Assembly: GCA_964016885.1 (NCBI GenBank)
Contig: OZ024741.1
Coordinates: 99,634,001 to 99,698,000, forward strand
DNA length: 64,000 nucleotides
DNA from: Eledone cirrhosa
Lineage: Eukaryota
Reading direction: 5' to 3'
Shown: positions 13,327-26,000 of the stretch, piece after piece
How the letters are laid out: each line of letters starts with the position of its first letter
How positions within the stretch are numbered: position 1 is the first letter of the stretch
Notes under the pieces: generated by a model
The model's database searches: none
The model's input: the letters and a program-made list of their open reading frames with translations, nothing else
What the model was told of the DNA's origin: nothing
Program-made: the position numbers and the translations under genes

Positions 13327-14454
13327 TGTGAGAGAGAGAAGGTGAGAGGGATAGAATATAAATTTTTCTTCATAGAATCTAATTATCTTTCAGATTTCCA
13401 TTGTACTCTTTATTTGAATTATTTTTTCAAAGATTTGCCGGAGTTTCGGCAGATATATCAAATTTTTCGGGAGATATATCAAATTTTTCTTCCAAGTTAT
13501 TTTTGATCCTGCAGAGTTTGATCTTATCTCTACAACAAGTAAAACATATGATTCACGAAATTAGTTATTTCACTGACAATAGACAAAATATATTTAAGAA
13601 AAAATAATTTAAAACTTGTGTGATGTCCAATGTAATGATAGTCATTCACATTTTTTGTATGTATGTGTTTATGTATGTATGTATGTACGTTTCTATGTAT
13701 GTATGCATCTATACATTTGTGTATGTATGTTTTTTATGTATGTATGAGTGTGTTAGTCTGTATTTATATATTTACGTATGCCACCTTTCCTCAATTTTGA
13801 GTTTATTTTGAGCAGCTAACTTCCATTCAAATGTAGGAGCATGTTCAGTCCTCGACCAGATTCAAAAATTTCTAAGTGTTGCCAGTTGCTTACGGCGCAG
13901 TGATGCAATATTCTTAAATATCTGCACAATTTCACAAAATATTTTAATAAGAGAATTAATTTATTCAACTGTTGCCCATGCGCATACGAATACATTTTCA
14001 AACCATGCAAGGCCACACCGACACCCATATAAAAACTCTACAAACAACCGATTACAGAAGTATCTCAATAGACCACTAAGCATCTCCAAATATTTACACA
14101 CTGAAAGTACAACCCCAAACTGATATGATGAACCTTTCCTTGTTGCTATCAATCCAGATCACAGAACACTTTCTTCAAGAATTATCCATTAGATAATTAA
14201 TCTACATTCAAGTTGTGCCACTCATTTATGAATTTCTACAGCCAACACCATTTAGACAATAAATTATGCATACATTTATAATGTTGTACTGCCCTGCAAC
14301 AGTTACATCAAAATGGCGTTTCAGAGAATAATTCAAATTTAATTATACACCTCTACCAGACTACCTCCTCTACTTTTACTTCGTAATGACTCTTTATCGC
14401 TAAACATTACTTCTCATCGTCTCTTCGAAGACCTGTTTCAGTTATTTTGATAGA

Positions 14455-14745
14455 ACAGGAATTCATATTTCTAAACTGGTGTCATAAACGCCCAGGATAT
14501 AACTTTCCTAAGTGACACAGTTGTAACCTAATGAGACCGATCACTTTCGACGTAGGCCCCTTGTGCCTCAACGCCCAGCTATTCTTCCACTGTTTGAAGT
14601 ACAGCAGGAACGCTTTTTCTTGAACGGTCCTTAGCTGCTGCGTCGACCTTATCTTGGCCCTGAAAGTAAAAGCCTTTCAGTGGATTCTTCATTTTGGTGA
14701 TCAACCTGAATTCAGAATGAAATATGTCTATAGAGTATGGTGAAG
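14455..14745 (-). mobile_element. Mariner transposase C-terminal relic with a TIR-like end
   Basis: SPYSIDIFHSEFRLITKMKNPLKGFYFQ...QGAYVE aligns by eye with mariner PPYSPDLAPSDF.LF..LK..L.G..F...G.YVE. The end resembles 29411-29455. Confidence 0.7.
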
Positions 14746-14749
14746 AAGC

Positions 14750-15010
14750 AAAATGCACACCCATTTACAGCTGAATTTCCTAAATTCAATCGCAAATTCT
14801 ATATTGACAATTTCTTCCCTCGAGCATTTTGTTTATTGAATTCTCTTCCGGTGTCTTTCTTTCATGAACACTACAATATGCATAATTTCAAATGTAACAT
14901 CAATCGTCATCAATCCGTTTAAATATATTCTCTCTATCCTTTTCTCGTCTCAGGAACCCAGTGCCATGTTGAGGCTTTATTGATTTGCTTGGGATGAGTA
15001 AATTAAACCT
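14750..15010 (+). mobile_element. CR1/L2-type LINE 3' fragment
   Basis: HPF...NFFPRAFCLLNSLP..FF..YN...FK.NINRH matches the SFFPRT..WNSLP motif at the end of CR1-group RTs. Confidence 0.7.
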
Positions 15011-15128
15011 TACGTATCATATCACTTCATAAATTGGCTGACAGTAAGTGACAAACATATCCATATAAACAACACTCACGCACATGTATATTTATGCACA
15101 CACACACGCACACACACACGCACGCACG

Positions 15129-15177
<49 letters not shown>

Positions 15178-15202
15178 ACACACACACGCGCACACACACA
15201 CG

Positions 15203-15240
<38 letters not shown>

Positions 15241-15244
<4 letters not shown>

Positions 15245-15531
15245 AGGAAAAAAGATGAAATCGAAAATGCAACTGGAGTCTTTCTAAAAAATATATATAT
15301 TTATTTGGTTCCTTTACCGGTTTCGCAGTTCCTCTTTTCAAAAGTAGAATTGAGATGGAGGGTCTGTGGTTTTTCTCACATATCAGGTGTAAGAAAAACC
15401 ACAGACCCTCCATCTCAATTCTACTTTTAACAAGCAGAAGAAATGTCAAACCAGTAAAGGAACCAAATAAATATATATTTAAAAAAAAAAAGACTCTAGT
15501 TGCATTTTCAATTTCATCTTTTTTCCTTATA
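15241..15531. mobile_element. Fold-back palindrome of about 290 bp beside (TA)n, with a decayed hammerhead in each arm
   Basis: The arms are reverse-complementary around about 15385. The minus arm reads cttt-TGAAAA..CTGC-GAAA-CCGG-TA-aagg and the plus arm retains GCAG. The consensus restores stem II and a palindromic ACCGGT stem III. Confidence 0.75.
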
Positions 15532-15858
15532 CTTTCACTCGTGTAGGACATCTCGGTTATTTTTCATTTTGTAAAAAAAACCTCATTTTCTAATATATAT
15601 ATATAATATGCACATGATGTACAGGAGCATTTATAAAATCTAGAATCAAGGTTACCGACTTTACGAATAGAATAATCAAGATAGTTAAATTGAATATACA
15701 CACAGGGATGCACATTTACACATATGTGCATAGTTAATAATTTAATATGTATGAACATAAACGTGCGTATATACATTATTTGTAATTAATGAAGTACGGG
15801 TTTATAGTTAAACCTGCGACTTTGTGTAAAATGTCGACCATACTTAAATATGGAATGA

Positions 15859-16055
15859 TACGCGATGGGGGCCCCCACAGCCCCGGCGGACAGAATGGAG
15901 AAAGCATTTTCCCGGAGGACGGCAAGGGAGACGCGCTGGAAAAGCCACTCCAACTCGCGGGGCTCACACCTGCGGCTGGCCATCTCAGCACCTATGGTGG
16001 TGAGTAGGGAGGTAGCCCTAGAGCTGAGGACACCAGAAGTCTTCACGGCCCGGGC
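15859..16055 (-). mobile_element. Short 3' fragment of the CRE-like retrotransposon at 33673-35280
   Basis: AVKTSGVLSSRATSLLTTIGAEMASRRCEPRELEWLFQRVSLAVLRENAFSILSAG is nearly identical to the end of ORF 34825-35190. Confidence 0.9.
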
Positions 16056-16753
16056 TATTTGAGCGAACCTATCTTTCAACCCGAACATCTCATAAGCAGA
16101 AAGATTCAGACCGTGCACTCATACACACATATTCATGAAAATTTACACACAGATACACAAACATACACAAAATGAATTTTAGAGTTTCACATACATTTCC
16201 AAGCGGGCATATACTCACATACATAAACATATATTCAAGTGCACATAATATAAAAAATATATATAACTGACCAGTCCATCAAGTATTCTATCTATGTTAT
16301 CAACGTTTGGTCCTTGAAAGTAGATTTCTTTCTCAATAGACGAAACAATCCTTGCACTCCTCCAAACACCACTGAGACACACCCATATAAGAAAATAAAA
16401 GAGTCTAATCTAGAGACGCCATCAAGTTTTAGGTTTCGATTTCAGGAAATGTTTAAATTATTTCTGTTGTCCGGATGTATTTAGTTTTATGTTTATTTCG
16501 TTGTGATTTAATTTATGTATTTTTATATTCGTGTTTATTTGTTATACATAAGACAAACCCCCTCTCGCCACCAACAAGAACAACAACAATAACAAGAACA
16601 ACAATAATAATAATGATGATGATAGTGATGATTATGCTAACAAGTTAATCATTTTAAATGCTTAACCAATTACACTCACGCACGCACACACACGCACACA
16701 CACATACACACGCGCGCGCGCGCGCACGCATACTCACTCACGCACACACACAC

Positions 16754-16786
<33 letters not shown>

Positions 16787-17740
16787 TTCACTCTCCCTCA
16801 CTTACACTGGCATACATGATCTCACCTCTATTTTGGCATAAATTGATTTTAACTTAATAATAGATCGTAGCGTAGAAAATATTTCCCTGTTACACTTTAT
16901 AGTACAAATCATACAGAAACACACGGATACACACGTATAGAAGTATATACGCATTCGTTCGAAACTACAAAACACATACGCTCTTGCTTACAAAGGTGAA
17001 CAGAACCTTATGCATCCCACCATATATATTTGCAGACACAGTTACATCTTAACAGCATGAATACTCGCAAAAAAATAAGCCTTCGAAATAAATCAACCAG
17101 AACAAAATACCAACCAGAATTATTTCATTGGACATAAAATATGGAGTAATTATCATTAATTGCTAAGAATCAGTTGAACTATCCAGATACCCAGTGATGT
17201 AAATCATTGTTGCATATCTATGTTGACACAATTGTCAATTAAATTTTCCTTAGATGTTTCATAAATATATCATGGATCATTTAATGTAGAAACATTTATT
17301 TATTTCCTCTCCTGAATTACTTCCCTCTTACTAACTCCTCTACCTATGTCACCCACAGCTGTGCCAAAGTCATACATAACGCTTGGGGCGCCTTAAGCAG
17401 TAATTATAATTATTTATCACTTCCTTTATTCTCACTAAATGATATTTCTATTGCCAGACCGTGAATGGAAATTGGCTATATTACTAAATATTTAGCCTAC
17501 CTGCTGAGCTGTACCCTGTCAGTATTAAAATCACTTCAGTTATTACCGTTAATTTTCCAGTTTGTAATTAATCATCATTTGTAGGGTTAGCACGAGGGTG
17601 CAAGTATATCACTGTTATATAGTGCTGCATCCAAAAGGTAAATACTACATATATACATTCATACATACACATACATATATATATGTGTGTATATATATAT
17701 ATATATCATAAATGTATATATATGTAAATACATATGTATA

Positions 17741-18151
17741 TAACAAAGAAGGTGTGGTAAGATACCAGGTGGACCACAACGCACCAGAGTACGCGATACT
17801 TAGGGTAGTAGAGTGGGTAATATGAAAATAGTCAGGACCCCGACGGCTGAGCTCCGGCCGTTTCGACAGCTAGATCAGAATAGATCTAGCTTCGAAACGG
17901 CCGGAGCTCTGCCGTCGGGGTCCTGAGTATTTTCATATATATATATATATATAGGAACGAGTAGGACCTAGATGGCTGTGCTCAAGCCGTTTCGACGGCT
18001 AATTCAGGACTAACAGTCCAGAATTATCCGTCGAGACGGCTTGAGCTCAGCCGTCGGGGTCCTACTCGTTCCTATTACCCACTCTACTACCCTAACTATT
18101 AAGTACTTTGGTGCGTTATGGTCCATCTGGTTCCTTACCACATTTCCTTCG

Positions 18152-18154
<3 letters not shown>
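17741..18154. mobile_element. Inverted pair of hairpin-headed short elements separated by (TA)n; same family as 38408-38603
   Basis: Hairpins at about 17820-17938 and 17952-18075, with a shared tail (ttacccactctactaccctaa...tggtcca.ctgg...cttaccac) pointing outward in opposite orientations. Confidence 0.85.
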
Positions 18155-18211
<57 letters not shown>

Positions 18212-18806
18212 ATGATATTAATAAATGGAAACTATATTTATAAAATCATATCTATTCTATTATATATATTTCAAGGGTACCAAATACAATGTTTGTTTTA
18301 TAAATATTGACATATCAACGAAGGTGATCTTAAGGGTTCAAGTTTTTCCTGGATAGTAAAAGGAAAGAGGGGAAAGAGAGGAAAAGTCAAATATTTCAAA
18401 TTATTAAGATGAATATGCAAATGAGGTTAAAGTATAGGGCTGAAAAAAATGCTATTTTTAGACACTAGGTAGATTAAAATAATTATTAGGATATATATAT
18501 GTATGTGTAGGAAGAAAAAACAGAAAGAAAGAAAAGCTTGTATTTACGTGAATTTAAAAAGAATTAACAGTTTGTAGGAATGGTGGAATATGATTCCAGA
18601 ATTTAAAAAAATATATTTAGCTATATTATGAGTTATAATATTATATATACAATCAATTATATTATATGAAGAATTATGGTTGTAAGTACATTTTATCTTA
18701 TTACATTGTAACAGGTTGTAAGTATATAAATATCTATATAGATTAATAAGTGTGCAAGTATAAGTATTATTGGTGATTTTATAGATATAAAAGACACGTA
18801 TTAATT

Positions 18807-18995
18807 GTGGTGGATTGGCAGTATCGGTAGAGAGTCGGACGCCATGCTTTGAAGCATAGAGTTACGTCCCTTTATGATCTGAGTTCAAATCTCGCCGAGG
18901 TTAACTTTGCCTTTCATCCTTACGGGGTCGATAAAATAAAGTACCAGTAATGTACTGGACAATTGCTGGCCTTGTGCCTAAAATAGAAACAATTT
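18807..18995 (+). mobile_element. tRNA-derived SINE, near full length
   Basis: A-box-like TGGCAGTATCGG, B-box GAGTTCAAATC and the body ctttgcctttcatcc..ggggtcgataaaataaagtaccag. Multiple copies occur in the window. Confidence 0.85.
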
Positions 18996-19155
18996 ATTGT
19001 TTACATTTCTAATATGAGTTACGAAGGATGTTGATTTTACAATATATATTTAAGAAAAAGACGTAGTTCAAATTTTAAGAGAAGAACAATTTGTAGATTC
19101 AAACATTATCATGCAACATTGAAAATATTTTCAGAACATTATTAATTTAGCGAAA

Positions 19156-19299
19156 GATGAAGCATAGAGTTACGTCCCTTTATGATCTGAGTTCAAATCT
19201 CGCCGAGGTTAACTTTGCCTTTCATCCTTACGGGGTCGATAAAATAAAGTACCAGTAATACACTGGGTAATTGCTGGCCTTGTGCCAAAAGTAGAAACA
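19156..19299 (+). mobile_element. 5'-truncated SINE with 18-bp target-site duplication (TSD)
   Basis: attattaatttagcgaaa occurs at 19138-19155 and 19300-19317. The body is nearly identical to 18850-18995. Confidence 0.85.
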
Positions 19300-19405
19300 A
19301 TTATTAATTTAGCGAAATTATATAATTTATCATACAAGTTATGTCTATGTTTGCTCAATTGTAAAGGAAAAGATAACTCGAATATTATTTGCTAACCATT
19401 ATAAA

Positions 19406-19448
<43 letters not shown>

Positions 19449-20189
19449 TTAATACATTAACAGAGAAGGCTTTAAGCAATACTCAGACCGACATCCATCT
19501 CACTCAACAAACATTAGGATATACCTGAGTATAACCCTAATTATATGTTTGGGGTGCTAACTATATTGTATTTTGCATATAGCCGACTGTATTATTTTAT
19601 ATGAGACATACTTAAATACATCTCTCCTTCCAAACGATCGTTTCGTTATAAGTTTTCTACAAATTAGGAAAATAATGTCCAGGTTATGTAGAAGCCTGCA
19701 TATAGTCCATAGGTATACATGCAGGTGGGCACTTATAACTCATCAGTGGATGCCCAGCAATATCAATATAAAACACCATACTGATATTAATATTCAGCGA
19801 TGGTCCCCGTCAGTGCTAGAATGACCGCCAAATTTGAAATTCCAGCAGTCTCTCAAAAAGAAATTTCACACTGTCCCAAACGGGAAGGGGAGGTCATCGA
19901 AAAACATAAAATAATATATACGCAGATCAATTAATTCTGTCATGAATTTTAATCACGCGTGAAGAAGTGAATTGGATATTAAAAAAAATATATATATATG
20001 TATGTATTATTTATACACACATAGATGTATTTTCTCAGGCAAAAATGGACATGAGATACAGGCAAAACAATCATTACTTCATACAAAGAATAAATAAAGA
20101 AAGTCATACCTAGATATCTGGAATTTTCATCTCCGGCCAATTCAAGTGTATAATACTTAATACATTAACAGAGAAGGCTTTAAGCAATA

Positions 20190-23100
20190 CTAGCAGCTTA
20201 GCCCGGTTGCACTCGGGGCTTCTCGGGGCCACTTTTTAATAAGTTAATAAGTTGAGGGGCGACGTGAAGAGAGTGGTTTGACAGAGAGACGTTGGATTGA
20301 GTAGGGTTCAAAGATGTTATTTCAGGGCTTCTTTGTAGACAACGTTCCCGGTGTTGCCCGGGTTACCACAAATGAAGAGATTGTGTGGACTGCCGACGCG
20401 GGAGCAACCGACGTATAGTTGACCATGGGCAAATACCTGCTGTGTTAGATTTAGGCCAACAACTTGAAGCGATTGTCCCTGTGCTTTGTTAATGCTCATT
20501 GCAAAGCAGAGTTTTATGGGAAACTGCCGTCGCGTAAATTCATAGAGGAAGTCAGAGGGACTAAGGCTCATAGGGGTAATTAAACTGGTCACGCCTGCAG
20601 CGGGTCCGTCAAAATGGTTGTCTCCAGAATGTGGGTCCGTTTTTATGATTAAACGCATTCCGTTGCATAGTTCTAGTGCATCCAGGTTCCCCAACAGCAT
20701 AACTGGCCCACCAACCTTCAGTTTCAGATCATGAGGAGGAAGTCCTGGAGGTAGTTGACTGTTGAGGAATTCAATTGGGTAGATGACGGCGTCGTCCGCG
20801 TTTTATTGGTGTCAATCGACTTGAAGGAGACTTAATTTCCGGGAATCTGATCGAATAGTTTTTGGTTCATCACGTCAACAGTGGCATTGTGTGGTGCAAA
20901 AATAGCTCTCCTTTTCAGCCAGGTGTGATCATGGAATCGTGATTCTAGGTCTGGAAATACAGATAACATTAAATCGTCAATGTTTGACACACAGTTCCCA
21001 AAAGGCAAACGGATATGCTCTTCATCCAATCCAGATGGAATTCCATTACCAACTTCCAGTAGATGTTTTGAGAAATCGATGGAGTCTGCATCACCATGGA
21101 CATGCGCTCTCATGTTGATAGTCAGATGTAGTTTGTGGACATACTGCCTTACGTAGGACGACTTGATGCATGCGTTCACTTCGTCAGCTCTAGTGCTTCT
21201 AGTGATAACAGGAAGAGTCTGTCGGAAATCGCCAGCCAGCAGTACTGTCGCTCCACCCATGACGCGTGAGTTCCGACGCAAGACCTTGAGAGTTCGATCC
21301 AGAACCTCAAAGACCGCCTTGTGACTCATGGTAGCCTCGTCCTATATGATCAGGTAGCACACAGAAAGAAGATGTGCTTTAGGGTCGCCACGATCTATTC
21401 TACATGTAGGATTCTCCTTCTTTGCAATGTCCAAAGCAATTTGAATGCGGAGTGTGCCGTACGACCGCCATGTAACTGTGTCGCCGCAATACCACTGGAG
21501 GCGACCACTAAAGCAATCCGCTTGTCTTTTCGTAGCTTCGCAAGCAAAAGATTGATGAGAAAGTGTTTCCTGTTCCGCCAGGAGCATCCAGGAAAAATAG
21601 CCGTCCCTCATTTGAATTGACACTCGAGAGAATTCTACATATGCCCGTCTCTGGTCATGCAAAAGTCTGGGTTGGTCCTGAGCTACCTGATGTGTCATAT
21701 CGTCGATGTTGTAATTTAACTCACGCATAAACTCCACATCTAAAGCACTGTGAGTGTTTCGAGGTTGTGGCAAACGGAAATCAGACACACCGCCAACTCC
21801 AAGAGCTTTAAGATGGTTGTCCATGTCAATGAGGGCCTCATTGTACACCGCATCGTTGACAGCAAAGCCAGCCGCTGGATATTCTGCTCGTAGTCTACGG
21901 AGGATGTCCTCTGACATGTTGTCCTTATGCGTTTCCCAAAGCTTAAGGGGTTCACTTACGCCACAGAACAATAGCATTATGCAAAACAGACGTCTCATTT
22001 CTCGTGGCATCTTACATTCAGCAGCCTCTTCAACGCCACGTTCAGGTGGGCATCATCCTCGAGTAGCCCGCGCTTCACGCACGTGTCCCTGTAACTGGAA
22101 CAAATGTGGCCATCGAAAAGTCTTAGGTCGGCGAATGACTTGGGCCTTTTGATTTGATGCAGCAACATTCTCAGCTAAAAGCATTCTTGTTGCTTCGGAT
22201 GAACATTGTACACGCGTCCGATGGCATTACTTCTGAATACACCTACCCAATCCTCAACTTTTTCGCCTTGTCGCCGCCGATGCTATTTTTTGTTCGACCA
22301 AGTGAAGTAGGTAGGTACATCGACGTAAAAAGGGTAACTGCAAACTTATCGACAGAACATAGCTTAAAAATGCTGTAAGCGTCATCTCAGGTGGCTGTTC
22401 GGGAGCAGCCAATGCGGTTTCCTCAGTGAAATAAACGCGTTGACCATTCTTAAGGGAACATTCAAGTTAACAACTGTTGGAGAGCACCGGTAAATTTCAA
22501 GCCCCAAAATGCGCCAAGCCTCTATATTGGACGAAATGTATCTTCCCATCATGAACTGAGTAATTTCGTCTTTTGATTCTACACCATCACTGAGGCCAAC
22601 CACCGCCATGTCGCCGCCTTTGTTGATGTATTTAATGCTTTTAACAGATGTGCAGGACTCCACATTGATGTGAGCATTAAAAACTTTAGCCAGCAAAGGG
22701 CTGTAAGGCACCACCCAGCTGTTGTCAATGTCGTATTCTTTCTCTTTCTTCTTAATCCTAGCCGAAAGGCCACCAGCATCGGGAGCACACCGCCGGTAGA
22801 TGGGGTAGCCGTCAACCCCACTGCAAGTTTCCCTTGTGAAGGCTCTGGGGTAGTGTTTGGTGCACTTGTTCCCCGCCATGAATGAATTTTGGCTGGTAAG
22901 GGCACCACAGGGTCCATGTATCATATTAGCCAGCACAATGTTGTAAAGCTACAAATCAATTTGGGGATCGGGAATCTCTGCACATATAATGCGATCAATG
23001 TCCGTAGGTCTGATTCGTTCTTTGCACCAAATAAGAATATGTGTGTGGAAGACCCCCGCTTCTGGCATTCCACAGTATACATCCAAGCATTGAGTTGTCT

Positions 23101-25399
23101 ATAGATGGCCTTATCTTTCAGCAAGCACATTAGTTTCTGGCAGTAATATCATTAGACTCTGGCTGTAATATCATGCCTGTCACTCGTCACCTGGCTCGCG
23201 AATAAATTCTCCTTAATCTCCACCCAATTAGGATTAAATGTGAAGGTAATAAAATGTTCCGGCCGCCCAAACTTACGGACATACGCCATGGCATCCTGTG
23301 TCCGTTTATGCATGTACCGGGGTGAGCCACTAAAGCTTGAAAGAAGGATCACCTGATGCCCAACATTGGTTGCGTCACCGTCACGCTGCAAAGCATCCTT
23401 AAGATGAGCGTATTGAACCCCTCTCAGTTCTTTTTGATGGGTACGTATGTATAGAAGACGTTCAGCTTCAATATTTGCGTACATATCAACCAAGAACTGG
23501 TTTGTCACCTCTTTGAACCTAAGTAGTTGGTTGAATTGACCGTCTCTGATCATGAGTAGGTATGCATAAAATTCCATGCTGGAAACTTTCTTTGGTAAAG
23601 CAGCAAGACTTTTCGGATCAATTGTGAGAATCTCGAAGTTGTAGCCGTCCTCGCCGTAGAGAAAAAGAAAAGGGTACTGCAAGCAATCGTACGACCGATG
23701 GGTTTCTGCAACGAACGTCAGTCTGTTGTTGCGATGCTGAATGATGATGTCACGTGCACCATGATTTTAGTCAACCATTATTGCCGTTATCTCGCTGCTA
23801 GTTGGAGCGTTGAAACATCCAGGATGCCCACCCGCAGGTCGTCTGTCAGCTCCGATGATCAATTTCATCTCATGTCTAGAGACCCAAAGGTCCAAAGCAC
23901 TCTTCTAGTCACGGACATACGGATGTGTTGCATGGAGCATAGTTTAAGTTCCGCAACAATGTTCCCGTCAACAGATGAATTGATCTTGTATCTTTGGGAA
24001 ACTTCCTCATCATTCCCGCCCATGAAGAATATCTGGAGGAATTTAGGCTCCTCGCCTAGCTGTGGGCGAAGCCTTCCCATTAGGTGGTAACACTAACCTT
24101 GAATTTTGTAGGTGTAATGTTTTTCTTCCTTTCTTTCTTCGTTGTTGTCACAATTGCTGGCGACACCGGTGTTGTTGCTGTTGTTGTTGTTCTTTTTGTT
24201 TTTCTGCCATCCCTTACACCAAATGATGTCATAGCAAAGCATGAACTGTATCTCCAAATGCTTTTGCGAAACTTCACTCCGAGGTCAGAGTTACCAATGA
24301 GAAAATTTTGCAGCAAACCAGGAGGATCAGCCAGCGCCTGAAGTCGAACTTTTCCCCCGGAACAGCAAAGATCTGGACCCTCACCGTCCCACTTCTTAGC
24401 CCACAGGACTGACATACCTTATCCATTTTTCCAAGCGCCAAATCCGGGTGATTGGTGTAATCATCAGTAGGATTGTAGTTAAAGCCAGCTTTTAAGCAAA
24501 AGGTGTCCTTGTAATAGCAGCATTTTCTTGACGTTTACGCCGTCTACCTGCCAGCCTTTCTTCCCTTGCTTCCGGAGTCTCGTTGAGACGTGAGCGTTTA
24601 CATCGAGTGCGCTGGTCAGAAAGACGGTCCTTCCTTGCCTCCGGAGTCTCGTCGAGACGTGAACGTTGGTGCTGATCGCGCTGGGCAGAAAGACGGACCT
24701 CCCTTGCTTCCGGAGTCTCCTCAAGGTGTGAGAGTTGGCGCCGATTGCGGTCGGCAGCAAGACGGGTCCCCCGTGCCTGCAGAGTCTCCTCGAGACGTGA
24801 GCGTTGGTCGCGAGTGCGCTGGGCAGTAAGATGGGCCTCCCTTGCCTTTGCAGTCTCGTCGAGACGTGAGCGTTGGCGCTTAATGTGCTGTGCAGTAAGA
24901 TGCATCCCTTGCATTCGATGTCTCCTGGAGTTAAAAAAAAACTGAATGCTTTTACTCGGCCACTACTGTTTTACAACTTCGCAATACAGAAATAATATTT
25001 TTATGGAGATAAAAGAAGCAAAATAACAAAGGATATCGATAAAAAAACGTACCTGCGCACGCACCTCCATTCTTCGCAATTTAAAGGCTTTATTTCGTTT
25101 AGAAGAAAATACTGGTCGTTTTCGGTTAGGCATAGAAGCAGTGTAAAAGTATTTTAGGTTAAATACTGAACCACTGAGAGCACGTAGTTGTTTCAATAAA
25201 AAGTTGCATTAAAAGGGGGAGGCATTGGATGTAAAATGCTAAGCTAAAAGCCAAAGATTAATTTCATTGTTTACGTATAATGAATTAGAAATGCTTCACT
25301 AAGAGATGGATATGAAAGTATTTTAGGTTTAATAGTATAGGGAGGTGTGTAGCATACATACATACATACACACGACGCTCAGCTTTATATAAGTATCGT
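20190..25399 (-). mobile_element. Helitron, near full length, with disrupted Rep/PIF1-helicase gene
   Basis: The 3' end has a CCCG..CGGG hairpin, then CTAG, then T. The 5' end reads ATACTTATATAAAGCTGAG plus (TGTA)n, with the canonical TC degenerate. Rep and helicase motifs lie inside. Confidence 0.95.
20317..25133 (-). pseudogene. Helitron RepHel pseudogene with many frameshifts and stops
   Basis: Rep motifs: FITFTFNP, VECQKRG (decayed HUH region), SIKYINKG, MIHGPCG. PIF1 motifs: FLDAPGGTG, GDFRQ, QFPIKLCFAMSINKAQGQS, HGQLYVGCSRV. The N-terminus has 25-aa ETPEARE.RL repeats. Confidence 0.93.
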
Positions 25400-25875
25400 A
25401 TGTATGTGTGTGTGTGTGTGCGTGTGTGCTATACGAGCGACGACAGATCAAATATATATAACACGTGACTGAATGTTAATTAAAGTTTGCTGGTGCTTCT
25501 CTGTCTCTCCCTCTCTCTCTCTCTCTCTGAATATCTAACACTTTAATTGTATCTCTCTCTGTCTAACGGCCTATCTCTCTCTGCAGTGTTGTCATATAGG
25601 GAGCGAGGAGCGACAGAGAAAGCAAAGCAGTTAAATTATAGAAAGGAGTAATGATCTATTATAGAGAGAGGGAAGAGCGAGAGAGAGAGTAAAGCTAAGA
25701 AACTATAGGGAGGTAAAACCGATAGGAAAATACCATTTTTGGCTCTAGAAACAACATTTCTCAATTTAGAGAATCCGACGTAGATCCGTCGCTTCCTCAG
25801 CACCATTTACATTAATGTGTAAATTTTCATGACAATTTTTGCCCATTTCACATTTATATAATAGATATATATATA

Positions 25876-26000
25876 GTAATAATAATAAATGTGAAGACTA
25901 AAATCTAAAGAGGGCGCTATAAGGATAAACATATATCAAATATATGCAGAAGATCCAGTTAAGGATGGAAGATTAAACTTTAATCAGTTATTTTAATATA
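25876..26000. mobile_element. Collapsed copy of the 9450-11440 PLE terminus
   Basis: 25876-25945 matches 9450-9520. It then joins cagaagatcc.gttaagg...ttaaactttaatc, matching 11377-11430. Confidence 0.7.

Noticed and set aside
25740-25810. Minus-strand CTGAGGA with a CGACG/CGTCG hairpin
   Set aside because: GAAA is replaced by TAAA and stem I has no partner.
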